A stretch of 56,342 nt of DNA, counting the filler, from Basidiobolus ranarum (taxonomy: Eukaryota): assembly GCA_040143965.1 (NCBI GenBank). It is 3 parts of 3 records of this genome, joined end to end, with 100 filler letters (N's around TTAATTAATTAA, not from the genome) between each part and the next. Parts side by side here need not be neighbours in the genome. Positions count along the whole stretch, not along the records: positions 18,851 to 37,558 come from JASJQH010000269.1; positions 37,659 to 56,342 come from JASJQH010000270.1; 1 more part is not named here. One strand, 5' to 3'. Positions within the stretch are counted from its first letter, which is position 1. Every line of letters starts with the position of its first letter. The position numbers and the translations under genes were made by a program. Below, piece by piece: positions 26,603 through 38,501 of this stretch. The notes beneath the pieces were generated by a model. The model was not told the DNA's origin and ran no database searches. It saw only the letters and a program-made list of their open reading frames with translations.

Positions 26603-27661
26603 CTTTTGGTTCACTCAATCCCAGGGAAAAAGTAATTTGAAAAAGAAAAGTACGAGGTTTCCTGATGGAGTGAGACAAGTGAAGAAGGAAAATCTAAAGC
26701 GTTTTCACAATAAGGTAGTGTATATCAAATATGTATATATCGAAAAGAAAGGGAACAGAAAGGTGAGGGTGGAAAGGAAATTGATCTGACTTGGGCGTTA
26801 ACTTTGATAGCTAAAAGTCTTTGTTAAGTGACACATGAAGTCAATACGGAGGTTATGGTTAGTTAATATTCACTCATGTATATGACGCTTATATATTACC
26901 AGAGGAAAAGAAAAGACCCAAACTGATAAGTGTTGAATTTATGTTATGCCAAAAGAAAGATGAAAAGAAACGAGATGGATTAAATTACGAGAAGAGGTAA
27001 TGAGAAAAGGCTTAGCAAAAAAGCATTCAGACCCAACTCTAGTACGAATTTTAACGGTGTAGTCGTAAAGCCTCGCAGAAAATCAAATTAAAACAAGGGA
27101 GTGGGTGCGAATGCGAATGCTGAATGAATTCGTAGACTGTGGGACCTACTGAGCAAATAATCGATTATTTCAGGGATATTCTGGCTTGGGCCAGAGATCG
27201 AGATTTAAGAGAAAACTATGGGAATGTGGAGAGATAGGCCCATGCGCTGATCCAAGTTCAAATATCTATATTTAAGGGTTGCGTTGTCCAAATTCTTGGT
27301 TTAGCAATAAGGTCACCTTAGATTAATACTAGTGAGAGGGAATATGTGGTTCTACAGAATGTTCGTCACATTGACACAGTTGATTTGAATCCAGAATCCA
27401 AAATAAATGGTCTAACGAATAAGCTCCGTAATACTCTGAGATAAATTAACAATAGCATAAATTAGCCGGAGAAAAGGAAGATATACAGTACAAGCAGGGT
27501 TGGTAGATCATATTATATAGTTATAATTTAGCTCATTTTCACCGAATTCGGGGATTACCACTATTAAGATATAATGCCAGCTCTTGACTCTAAAGTGGGA
27601 GCTGCTCGTCCGAACGTAACCTAAACCCCTCTAGCCGAACTAAAGGCTCAGTCTAACCCAG

Positions 27662-29709
27662 ATGAAAACCTCTAACACGTTAACCTTGTTAGTTGCCCTT
27701 TTATGTAACTCAACCCAAGCTAATCCTACAGCCCGGCTTATCGATCCATGTACTACCCTATCCCGCAACTCAGCGAGATTTTTAACTTATGATACAGTTT
27801 TAGCGTGCTATAGGAACATCCCATTTTCAAATTATGTAAGAGAGCATACCGTGAAAAATCTATTGAAAGCTCTCCAATTTTACGTATTCAAAGATATTGC
27901 CAAAGAGGGTTCGCACGGAGTAGACTTAAAGAAGGATTTGGAAGATTTATTACTAGAAGATTTCTCCAATGACTTTCAATTCCAGCAAAAGGTTCAAGAA
28001 GTATTTATACCGCTGAATGATGGTCATGTAGGATATCAACCTGGGTGCTATCGAACCATGAGCTTTATTCAGGCATTTCCTTTGACCTCGTACGTTGATT
28101 CTACTGGTACGCAACGTGTATACATATTAAACCACCTCGTATTCCAACGGGAGTTATACGATAAAGTTAGAGAGATTTCGGGGGTCAACGTCGAAAGCCA
28201 CCTTGGTATGGAGGTGACTGAAATCGATGGCATACCAGCGCTGGAGGCGCTACAACGCTTCGCCGATTGGGAGTTGGGACGAACTAAGGATCCTCAACAG
28301 CGATTTGAATTGCTACTTGCGAATCACGCCTTAACTTCGTCTGGGCAATGGCAAAGCTTTTTTGGATACTGGGCCTCACCAGGCATAGTTCCAGATAAAT
28401 CAAACATAACGTACTCTCTTCGCTCACCTCAGTATGGAACCATAAAAGTGACTATTCCATGGGTGGCTCTCCCACAGATCAGGCTGAATAGCTTCTCAAA
28501 CACACTAGGCTACAAAAAAGAGTATTGTGATGTGGACCCGGCAAGTCCATATGAAATGCAATATTTGAACCCTTCAACTTTGGGCCTGTTACCAGAGTCA
28601 GGGCCTGGACAGTCGGAAGTAGAATATCCATCTACCACGTACAGCCGATTCCCAGTCATGCTGAACAATCCTCTAGTCAACACTGGTCCACTAAAATTCT
28701 ACCGCCTTGCGGACAACACTGGGGTTTTGGTGCTTCCAACTTTTTCGCTAAGTGATCAATTTACTTTATACGATTTTGATGGATATATGGAGCAAGGATT
28801 GGGAAGGTTCAAACAGCTTGGAGTACGAAAATTAATCTTGGTAGGCCCAGCTCTAAGTGAGGAAAGGGATCATCAAACACTAACATGATTGTTCTATGTA
28901 GGATTTTACTAATAACCCAGGGGGGTCCATCTGTCTTGGTTACAAGCTAGTAAATCATATATTTCCCCAGATTCCACGCTCTCAGCTTTACTACCAGTCA
29001 GATCTAAGTCGTTCTCAACTAGCGGTAGAGCTTGCGAAGCGCAACTCAATTTGGAAGTGCTCGAACTATTACAATCCTCAAGACAGTGCCCTGCATGGAT
29101 CCATGTCCTGCATGCTGCCTGGTATGACGTACACCAGAGGGGGTGAGAAATCTAACTTCACTCATTTGGTGCAATACAACTGCGATTATCAGGTGAATCA
29201 AGGCACGGTCCGAAGACCTTGGTTTCAAGCCAAAGATGTGGCAATAGTAACCAATGGAAGATGTGCATCTACATGCTCCTCAGTTTCCAAGTAATTTTCA
29301 TCCGCTCTCTTTATCACCTACAAGCCTAGAATTTCGTTCTAACATTGTTTCCTCGCATAGCTTCTTACAACGGGTTATGAAGGTTCGTACATTCGTGACC
29401 TCTCCCTTCCCGACTGGCACTAATCCGCCGATTAGTACAGCACCAGGTGGAATGGTTTTCTCATATGATAATCTAATGTGGCAGATTGTAGATGCAGGCC
29501 TAGGCAATAGAGAAGAAGCACCCAAGAGATTGCCACAGAAAGCTGACTTCTATTTCACCATTATGGAGAATTACGGCTGGAATACAAGCTTGCCTGATGA
29601 GTATGCTCAAAGGCCTGCCACTGATCGGATAATCATGGATGAAACTAAACACTTTAGTCCAGGTGATGTATGGGCCGAAATATCGCAAAAGATGAATGCT
29701 AGCAGCTGA
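27662..29709 (+). CDS. Secreted S41-family (tail-specific-protease-like) peptidase; 3 exons
   Basis: Signal peptide; LNDGHV; introns 28841-28901 and 29291-29360 give LIL|DFTNNPGGSICLG and IVTNGRCASTCS. Confidence 0.85.
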
Positions 29710-29880
29710 GTATGATTGTTGTTCGGTCATTGTTCGATCATTGTATATACAAATTTACACCAATATATATAAACGAATACCAGCAATAAATTTGGTTCCA
29801 TAAGAAACCACTTGATATTTTATATATATTATACATTATACAGCGGGTATCGTAGCCGAGATTTATGTAGAAGGGAAGAG

Positions 29881-29906
29881 GGTTACGCGGGGTTACGCGG
29901 GGTTAC
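29881..29906. repeat. 10-bp tandem repeat ggttacgcgg (about 2.6 copies) overlapping the stop codon of the SNAP-like gene
   Basis: ggttacgcgg ggttacgcgg ggttac. Confidence 0.85.
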
Positions 29907-31320
29907 CATCTAGAAACTGGACTGCGGTTGCAGCTCTGGATAATATGGCCAGTATCCAATTAGGGAGAGGAGCAAGGTCGTGGTACCTTTGATACGCCTC
30001 AGTGAATTGGCTGGAATCGAAGCAACATGCAGCCTCCACCAAACTCTATTTAATATGCAAGCTCATCAATACAAATGCTAAATGTGTGACATGTCATTGA
30101 CCGTTAACCTACATCAATCAGACGATATTCATCGGAATTAAGGAAAGATCCATAAGTAGTGGCATATTCTTTATATGCCAAGCTTATGCGAGACCATTCT
30201 TCTAAAGCAATCATACATATGCAAGCTTGAAATAGGAAGCTCTTAACTTTGAAAGTCAGCGTCGGGTCATTGACTGATATCCTAGCCAATTCCTCGAGCC
30301 ATGGGATTGCTTCGTCATAATGACCAATTTGTGCCGCAAGCTCTGCCTGATGAATTAGTGAATATTTGAAATGGCTTCATCTCATTGTTAGACTGGCTTT
30401 TCCATTGGTAGCACAAAATAACTCCCATGCTTACCCATTATCTGCTGCTCGAAATATCTCAGTGGCCTTTTTATAGTATCCAAATGCCAATGCTAAAGCG
30501 GTCTTCTTGGGTTTGCCATTATTTGTTTTTTCGTAATAATCTCCGATTTTTTCAAAAAGCTTTCCAGCACGATTGGGATCCTTTTTGGTGGAATCAAATA
30601 CGGTGGCTGCATCTTTCAAAGCCTGAAGTGTTTTATCTATTGATGCAACATAAGTCTCTATGTTGTGCACAAAGCAAGTGATGATTTAAACTAACCTTCG
30701 TAGTTGGTATGCTTGTAAGCGTTATAGGCCTCCTCAAAGCAAATGGCCGCTTCGCGGGTACTGAGTTCGTCTCCCAATTTCATGAAAGCCTCCCCAGCTT
30801 CTTGAAAGCGTGCACCCGCTCGTTTATCTTAAGATATAAAGTTTAGTCTACACCTCTAACAACTAAAAGAAATTCAAACAAGCAAACATTTTTTCTTAGC
30901 TAAAGCTTGTTTGGCATCATCTCGAGCTTCCTGTCCAATATTACTAAAATTAGGCTCTTCTTGGCGGGAAGACCCTGCCACAGGAGTGGGACTTGCTTTG
31001 ATGTTACCACTTTCAGAAAATAAACTCCATCTATTTAAACAGCCAAGATAAACCGCACTACCATCCTTTAGCTTTACAATACTGAATAACTGATAGTTTT
31101 TCCAAGTGAAGTCAAGACTTGAACTTCGTCCGTGGGCCTTTGCTTTGGTTTTCGCAGCAAAGTTCTTTATCCAAGCAGCTCCATAAGAAGAAGTACTGCC
31201 TTCTTCTTGAAGTTTGGCATATTTACGGGTAATGAAAGTGCGGAAGGACTCAGGATTAGGGTTGGTGATATAGAATACATATGTAAAGAGTATAATCAAA
31301 AGGCTTATTAACAAGAACAT
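29893..31320 (-). CDS. Alpha-SNAP (Sec17)-like protein with N-terminal TM anchor and DUF4359-like segment; 5 exons, about 393 aa
   Basis: Introns 30828-30887, 30637-30695, 30375-30434, 30046-30112 give an open frame; SNAP-like motifs AGARFQEAGEAFMK, RAGKLFEKIGDYYE, GHYDEAIPWLEELARISVNDPTLTFKVKSFLFQACIC, FLNSDEYRLI, FTEAYQRY…LPNW. Confidence 0.85.
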
Positions 31321-31709
31321 TTCAAGGATATCATCAATTCAGAAGAAGGAATACAAGAAAAATGCAAACTGACTAGTGACCAGATTTAATTGATTTTAGG
31401 AGAAAAGGAGGTAACAGATTTCACAAGGAGATAGCTTGGAATATATTGGATGTACATACACGCAACTTTAATGTGTGTAAATCAGGCAGATATGGAGATC
31501 TGTTAAAAAGTCGTAATGTTAATGGAACGTCATCCGTATTCCGAATATCGGTCTCATGAAAATTGCTCGCTACTATAATCAATCGTCACAAAAATGCATC
31601 TTCAAAACTATCTACATCATCCCCTCCCCCCAATTCCAAATTTCTTAATAGCTGAAAACGCTAATTATCTTTCCTATACTTTTGACTCTTGGACCTATAA
31701 TACGTTTAT

Positions 31710-34700
31710 ATGAGCGAGACATTGAAAGACGTGCCGGAGCTATTTGAGAACGAACTCAAAGAGTCATTAAATGCTAGAACTGATGGACTTGGTTGTTATT
31801 CACCTTGAGCTAGAATCCTTCCATATCTTCATTTTACTTATGATTGCTTTACATTCTAACCAGCTTCGTACAAAGAGCTTGGTCCTCCAGATCTTTGTCA
31901 CTTGACAAAAGCTTCCGGGAAACAAGGAGTTAAAGAGGTATGCACTTTGAAACAACTCGAAAAATCTAGATAGAAACTGTTTTTGGAATTCGACGTGTTT
32001 CTAGTCTCGCCATCACCATCTTTCACTAGCTTTTATTCTCTCTTATGCATATACTCACCAATTCAAAATGTTAGATTGGCTCCTACCATCATATAATGGG
32101 CATAGATGCTTCCTCTTCTGCAAGTCTTGCCGCTTACATTAACTCTTTGACTTATTCGATGGTATAGTAACTTTTGGATAGTAAAGTAGCTGTAAAATGA
32201 ACAAGTATTGATCACCTCCATCAGGATGACCCTCACGGTTGGTTTAGCAAAGGACCAGCTTGGAAGATTAGTTCAGGAGTTTATTGGTACTTCATAGTCC
32301 TATCAGTATTACAACGATATATCTAGCTAACTCGTGTGAACCCCCAATACTAGTTGCTACAATGCATTTTCTCGAGTCGATGTACGCGTTGAAGTGAACA
32401 TCCCTGGCGGTGTATCCAGTTACGTAGTCAATCAAAAAGGAGAAAAGTAAGCAAGAGAAACCTCCAAATCCGAAGCCTTATGTAGACATCCGATACTAAA
32501 AACAAATCCCAAATTTAATTAGATTAGAAGCAAAAGCTGAGATTTGGCACGAAACACACATCTCATCAATCCTTCGCTCCTTCCTCTATTCAGATGATGA
32601 GAACTACCGTTTGTCGGGATTAAGAAAAATCGACCCGATATCCAACCTCAATGCAGAGAAACGCTTCTTGGAATCAGCCGAACAAGTGTTTTTCAAGGGT
32701 AAGTAACGTCATAAAGACCTACTCATAATAGTTTACTAACGGGTAACATGAATGTAACATAGGATGGCAACTTGGAAGTGACCCCATGATTCAAGTAGCC
32801 ACTAATGTCCATAATCATCTTATCGATGGATTGATGAAGTATTTCAGCGAGAGCTCTCGATTCGACATCGCAGCCAGCTTCTTTGAAAAACATATCCTTT
32901 TTTCTTTTTCACTTTCTTTACTATTCCAAGTGACAATTGTGCTTATAGCTCTTTAACTCCTCACACTGTATACAAAGGATCCTGAAGTTACTGCTCTTCT
33001 TGCCCGATCATACTTTGGAATGGGTAAACAATAGAATGGCAAAACTTACGCAAAGCCATGCATCCATATTTAATGAACATATATTTTGTAGACGAGGAAA
33101 TCAAAGGCGTTAAAGCATTGCATCACGCTTTAAAGAAGAATAGCATGAGTTATCCCTTACTTCATGTTCAAGCAGATTTCTTGTTAAAAAAGGTAAGCAA
33201 CTTCATTTCAGAATACTGAGAAAATATTTACTAATGGGAATGCGCTAGAAAAAAATGGATATCGCATTACAACTAGCTAAGCAAGCAGTCAATAGTGCTC
33301 CCTCAGAGTTCCTCACCTGGGCCAAACTCACCGAAATCTATATGGAGATGGAAGATTTCAAATCTGTAAGGCTTGGCTTTTGATGAACCCACTCCTACGT
33401 TTTCTCAATCTAACCTTTCCTGCATTAGGCCCTCTTAACTTTGAACTCCTGTCCGATGTTCACGTACACCGATCGTGACTTCCCTCGTATGCCACCGCCT
33501 TTGAAGGTTCATTTACCTGCCAAATTTGAGGGAAACTACGGTCTTGGTCCTGAAGAAGAAAACGAAAAAGAATTAGAAGTAATAGGTTTAAGCTAGTGCG
33601 AGTTAGTTAATATATTCTTACGTGGCAATTGATTATATGCATAGGTTCAATCTGCTCTTGCCAGACTCCCCGCTCCTTCATTAAGAGGCACATTTGCCAT
33701 CGCTTACAATATTCTCACCTTATTGGTTTCTAAGGTTGGATGGGATGATCTTTTAAAATGCAGATCTCATGTATTCGTAATGGAAGAAGAGTATCGTCTT
33801 CAAAAGGCTCAAGAAGAACAAGTCTACACATCCAGTGATACCGGTGCCAATGAAGACGATGACATCCCACTTGGTGTAAAAAAGGAACAAGCCGTCTCAG
33901 CTACAGTGGATTCTGTAGAAGAGAAAGAGGAAGACGATCAGCCAACCATGGTGAATGAGGCAGTAGAGCTTGATGAGAAACTTGATGAACAAGCTTTAGA
34001 TACAGTTCCTGAAGTTGCACCTACCAACATCAAACCAGCTGATTTAGTAAGCGAAGAGATTCATACCCCAAATGGTGAACCAGAAGAAGGAAAGAATGAT
34101 AGTGCAGATGACGACTCACTTGTTGGTAAAGTAGAGAGTGTCAACCTCGACGATACACCTAAGCAGGAACTCGAAAATTTGAATCAAGATAAAGAGAATG
34201 AAGAGGAGGTTGAAACCTCTCATTCAGATGTTGTTTCCGATGGTGAAAAAGAGAACGTTGAGACTACTCTCACTGAGGGTACCGAGCTTAATGATACAAT
34301 AAATGGAACCGATACTGAGCATGTAGAGAATATCCCGCCCTCCATGTCTGCTCGTAAGGATAGCGATCAATCTGAGAAGGTACAAATCATTAACCCTTTT
34401 TCCCCCTGGCTATTTACTAACTATTTACATAGACTGGGCAGAGTAGAAGAGACTTTATTACCACCTTTAGTAATAAGAGACTTTGTGAAAGGTAATATAA
34501 AACACCCATTTCCAAGTATGTTCGCTCACTAAAAATCGATGGACTGTGAATCCTCTAGATGGCTGGACAATTTATTTATGGTTCTATATGAGGTATGTAT
34601 ATATAGCTATTCAGTTGGTAAGCAATTTACGAATACTTTTGTTAGGATTTGAGAGCATATACCGCCTGGAGAGCTGAAGCTTCACATGTGAAATCCCAAC

Positions 34701-35232
34701 ACTTGTCCTACTCTAAAACCGGCGCCGAGTGGGAGGCACTTGGTGATTTAGGGCTCAGACTCCACCATAAGGTTTGTTTGGAAATTGTGAAGCATTTTCA
34801 CTCTCTCCATCCACTAACTTTGCTATAGGAAGAGGCTAAGGAAGCTTACCAACGATGCTTGCATAACAAATTCTCCGCCAAGGCCTGGTTCAAACTAATG
34901 AGAATATATGCGGATGAAGATAACCTTCAACATGCACTTTCAGCAATAGTCCAACTCTCCGTACATAATGATAGATGGTATAATGAAGTAGTGGTAAGTG
35001 AATTGTTTGTTCTTGTGATGTTACCATCGATACTGAATTATTCCTCGATTGGACACGTGCATAGTATCCCTCTCCTGTTGCCGATGTCTTGAATCATCTC
35101 ATCAAGACCCATGGCCTATCGAAAGTCCAAAATGTGTTGATTTCTATGAATCTTCCAGCACCAGTCTACAAGATAGTAACCCGGTACTTTACATACGCAG
35201 AACTATTCAAAATAGATGGATCAGAGTGGTAG
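31710..35232 (+). CDS. ChAPs family exomer subunit (Chs5-Arf1-binding, Bch1/Bud7-like); about 17 exons
   Basis: Spliced: ELGPPDLCHLTK, GIDASSSASLAAYI, CYNAFSRVDVRVEVNIPGGV, APSEFLTW, ALLTLNSCPMF, VGWDDLLKCRSHVFVMEEEY, KRLCERWLDNLFMVLYEDLR; 15 GT-AG introns plus one AT-AC. Confidence 0.93.
32892..32966 (+). other. U12-type (minor spliceosome) AT-AC intron in the ChAPs gene
   Basis: 5' ATATCCTTT, branch TCTTTAAC at about 32950-32957, 3' CAC; removal restores FFEK-L-YTKDPEV in frame; no GT-AG alternative fits. Confidence 0.92.
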
Positions 35233-35367
35233 AGACAAGCGTACATTCCCATTTTCTCTTCATCTTTTGCTTATTCTAACTTTCAATGCTAAGTTAACAT
35301 TTGATTAAAACCCAAAAATAGCCCATTTTCATTATTGATTTATCAGTGTTTTTATTTTCAATATTTT

Positions 35368-35751
35368 CTAAAGATTCGCTTCCTTTTTAGCCAAGTTCTT
35401 TTTGAAATGGTCTAGGTTAGAATTGGTGAGCTTTGATTGCTTCTTTTTTCCAAATAGATAATGATTTTTGTTCGCCACCACTGAAGTTTTACGGATACGA
35501 TAAGGTCCGGTTCTGAGAGCCTTTCTGACAGGATCTGGAAGTTTGTGGCTACTGGTGTCTGAGTCAGAATTGAGTCCATTGGAACTGAATTCAATGGACG
35601 GCTTGGTCAAAAGGGTTGTGCGGATACGAGCAGGGCCCGTTTTAAGTCCATCTTCGATGTCAGCTGGAACCGAAGGTTTAGTGCAATGTGAGAATTCATC
35701 TAAGCTAGATGCAGCATTCGCGTTAGTAGTAGATTTCAATGGGGATTTCAT
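35368..35751 (-). CDS. Hypothetical basic, disordered 127-aa protein with a repeated L(K/R)TGPxRIR motif
   Basis: ATG-initiated ORF convergent with ChAPs; internal repeat LKTGPARIR / LRTGPYRIR. Confidence 0.5.
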   Translation of the reverse strand: MKSPLKSTTNANAASSLDEFSHCTKPSVPADIEDGLKTGPARIRTTLLTKPSIEFSSNGLNSDSDTSSHKLPDPVRKALRTGPYRIRKTSVVANKNHYLFGKKKQSKLTNSNLDHFKKNLAKKEANL

Positions 35752-36358
35752 TTGTGTGATTTGAATTGAATTCGGATTTTAGATTTAGATTTGAATTTGA
35801 GTAGCAAGTGGAAAAGTGGAAAAATGAAAAAATGGGATTTTAAGTGGAGTTAAGAGTGTGGTTTCAACACAATGTTCAATTTAAATACTTCCATTGTTTA
35901 CTTTTTGGAAATTCAAACTGAATGCGAACCCATCAGTTTAATCAAAAGCATTGGTGGAATTTCATGTTCTTTTTTAAAATTACTATCTATGATACGTCAC
36001 CTTACCTACCAGTACTTCCCTTGGTTTTCAAAAAAAATCCCAGATAAATAGGTATTGCACGTGGTTGAGGGGCCTGGCTGAGTCCCTGTGGTGGCCTAAG
36101 TGAGGGATGTTCGACTAGAGATCCAGTCAATTCGTAAAAGTCAATTCCCAGTCATCCATTCCAAATATAGGTAATCCAAACTGGATTCATACATGCTTAA
36201 TGATAGACCAATAACTCCATCCCTATTGGTCAAAGGTGGCATGGAAGAGCAAAATGAATATGCACAAAGTATAAGAGCATTACTTGTGTTAAAGAAGCAT
36301 TTTATGTTTAAAATAACTGACAAAAATTATTTAACAAATATATCATGAGCAAAACCAA

Positions 36359-37099
36359 CTATAATGAGGGCGCATCGTTATGAACAAGAATGTAATAATT
36401 TTCGGTGGTTTTTTCTTTTCCATCAAAAGTAAAGCACATTCCTTTGGCCAAATGAAAACCCACTTTTCCAATATGTTCACCGGAATTGAATTCTGTTTTC
36501 GCAATAAAAAGCTATATTTTGAGTTAAAAAAGGTGTTTTTACTAAATTTATTATCTGGTGAACTTGCCTCTTTTCCATCTGATTCTCTACCTCCTTCCAA
36601 TATCAACCAGCCTTGAGGTATGCGTCCTCCTTCCCCTTTTAACCAACGAACTTTCATAGCATCACCGCATAAAACCTCATAGGTTGGTAAGCTTATTTCT
36701 TTGCCTAGAATATATAGATGTATTACTAGACTGAGCTATAGAAATTTAAAGTCATGATCTCTGTACCATCATATCCTATAGCAATCCCTTTGAGGTGTGG
36801 TGCAGTTTTACCCAAATGAACTCCGCCACGATAGTTAGTTCTATTGTGAGGATATTTAGTATAGCGACATTTTATAAATGCTACAAATAGAATCAATTTA
36901 CCTAGCTATATATAGTGGTTTTCCGTCGTTTTCGCGTCCTCCTTGAATAGCGCTTTCAGGAATCTCACTAATACATGAAAAGAAAATATATGAATACTTT
37001 CAAGCTGAACAGAAAATCCAATTTTTTTACAAAATACCCTCCAGCTGCGGGTATCCAATGTAGATCCGGATGTGGAGTACCATGTATTGTTGTATCCAT
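36359..37099 (-). CDS. DM9-repeat (DUF3421) protein, two repeats, about 163 aa; 5 exons
   Basis: Introns 36968-37037, 36841-36901, 36705-36766, 36512-36567 (GC-AG) give WIPAAGGEIPESAIQGGRENDGKPLYIAR…HLGKTAPHL…YDGKE…YEVL and a second copy WLKGEGGRIP…GGRESDGKELFIAK…HIGKVGFHL…FDGKE…YYIL. Confidence 0.9.
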
Positions 37100-37558
37100 A
37101 TTTTTGTGAAGCTTTCTTTAAAGTATCTATTATGAATCAAAGGGAGATATCTCGGATATATCACATGTCCAAGTCGTACTTAAATCAACCATTTTACCTA
37201 TGGTACCAAAAATTAAGGAAACCAATGCGAGGGTGGGCGGTTCTGAATAGAATTAAATGCAGTCATGGAACAAATATTGTTACGTAGTAAGTTCCCTTAA
37301 ATCACGTCATCCATTACTCTTTTGGTGGCTCACGTCACTCAAAAGAGATAACTACAAAGTGTCAATAGATTACGTTCATAAGGTGAACTATTTATTTGGT
37401 CAAATATCAAGGGAAAATTCATTGCTTGACTTTTTTTCCCTATATACTCTATTTTCTTCTTTATGTCTGGCTACCCTCAAAATCTACCCCCCGCTGGAGG
37501 CGTTTAACCACCTGGTCCTGGGGGCAATCAGGAGGCCCATCAACCCACTCCCAAACAA

Positions 37559-37658
37559 NNNNNNNNNNNNNNNNNNNNNNNNNNNNNNNNNNNNNNNNNN
37601 NNTTAATTAATTAANNNNNNNNNNNNNNNNNNNNNNNNNNNNNNNNNNNNNNNNNNNN
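37559..37658. other. Artificial contig spacer (44 N + TTAATTAATTAA + 44 N)
   Basis: Same 100-bp construct as 18751-18850. Confidence 0.97.
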
Positions 37659-38501
37659 CTGGGACTTCTGGCGGTACTCTTCACCATCATCTTTGGAATC
37701 ATGATATGGCAGCTACTTTGAATTTCCGACATATTCTTTTTGGGCTGCGTGAAAACGGCAAAAGACCAGAGCGATTTTGCAGACTGAAGGCAGCTCCCTC
37801 CACAAGCTCTAAAAGAAAGGGGGTCTCATTAGCTAGTAGTAGTCGACCCACTAAAAAACCAGTTTTGAGATAGCCATAATTACACCATTGATGATGCCAA
37901 ATATTGATGGTCAAATGAATGTGGGCTTATTCAATGTACTTTAAATGTGATATTTGACAGTAGACAAGAGATTAAGCTATTCGATGGGACATTAGTTAGT
38001 TAGTAATAGCATTATGCTAAAGTTCGATACAAAACACATGCTCACTATTACTGAATTTGTCAGGCCTACAATCATCAACCTGATGGTTTAAGCTTACAAT
38101 TCGATTCTATCATGAGCACTACTCTTCAAACATACACATCGCCAATCCTGATGTGAACGTAAGAAAAGCACGAGTACAGCGTAAAATGTGACCTAAGCCT
38201 GGAAATGGCTAAAACTAAATGTCTTGAGATATATTTTGGATGTACATCAATGACTATCAATTCATGATGCTAAGGGTATTGTTATTGCAGCGACGATCAA
38301 ATTAGTGAATAAATAAATGTTGGAGTTGGAGCCAGAGTTTTGCCAACTTACATCTGTGGTTTATTATACTGTGATATAAATTTAGAATGTCTACTGACTC
38401 TCAAATATATCTAACAGCTGTGTGTGAGTAGTGATGATGAGTAAATGAATATGATATTGAAATGGGAATGGGATGAGAAATGATAAGCATAACCAGGGAT
38501 A

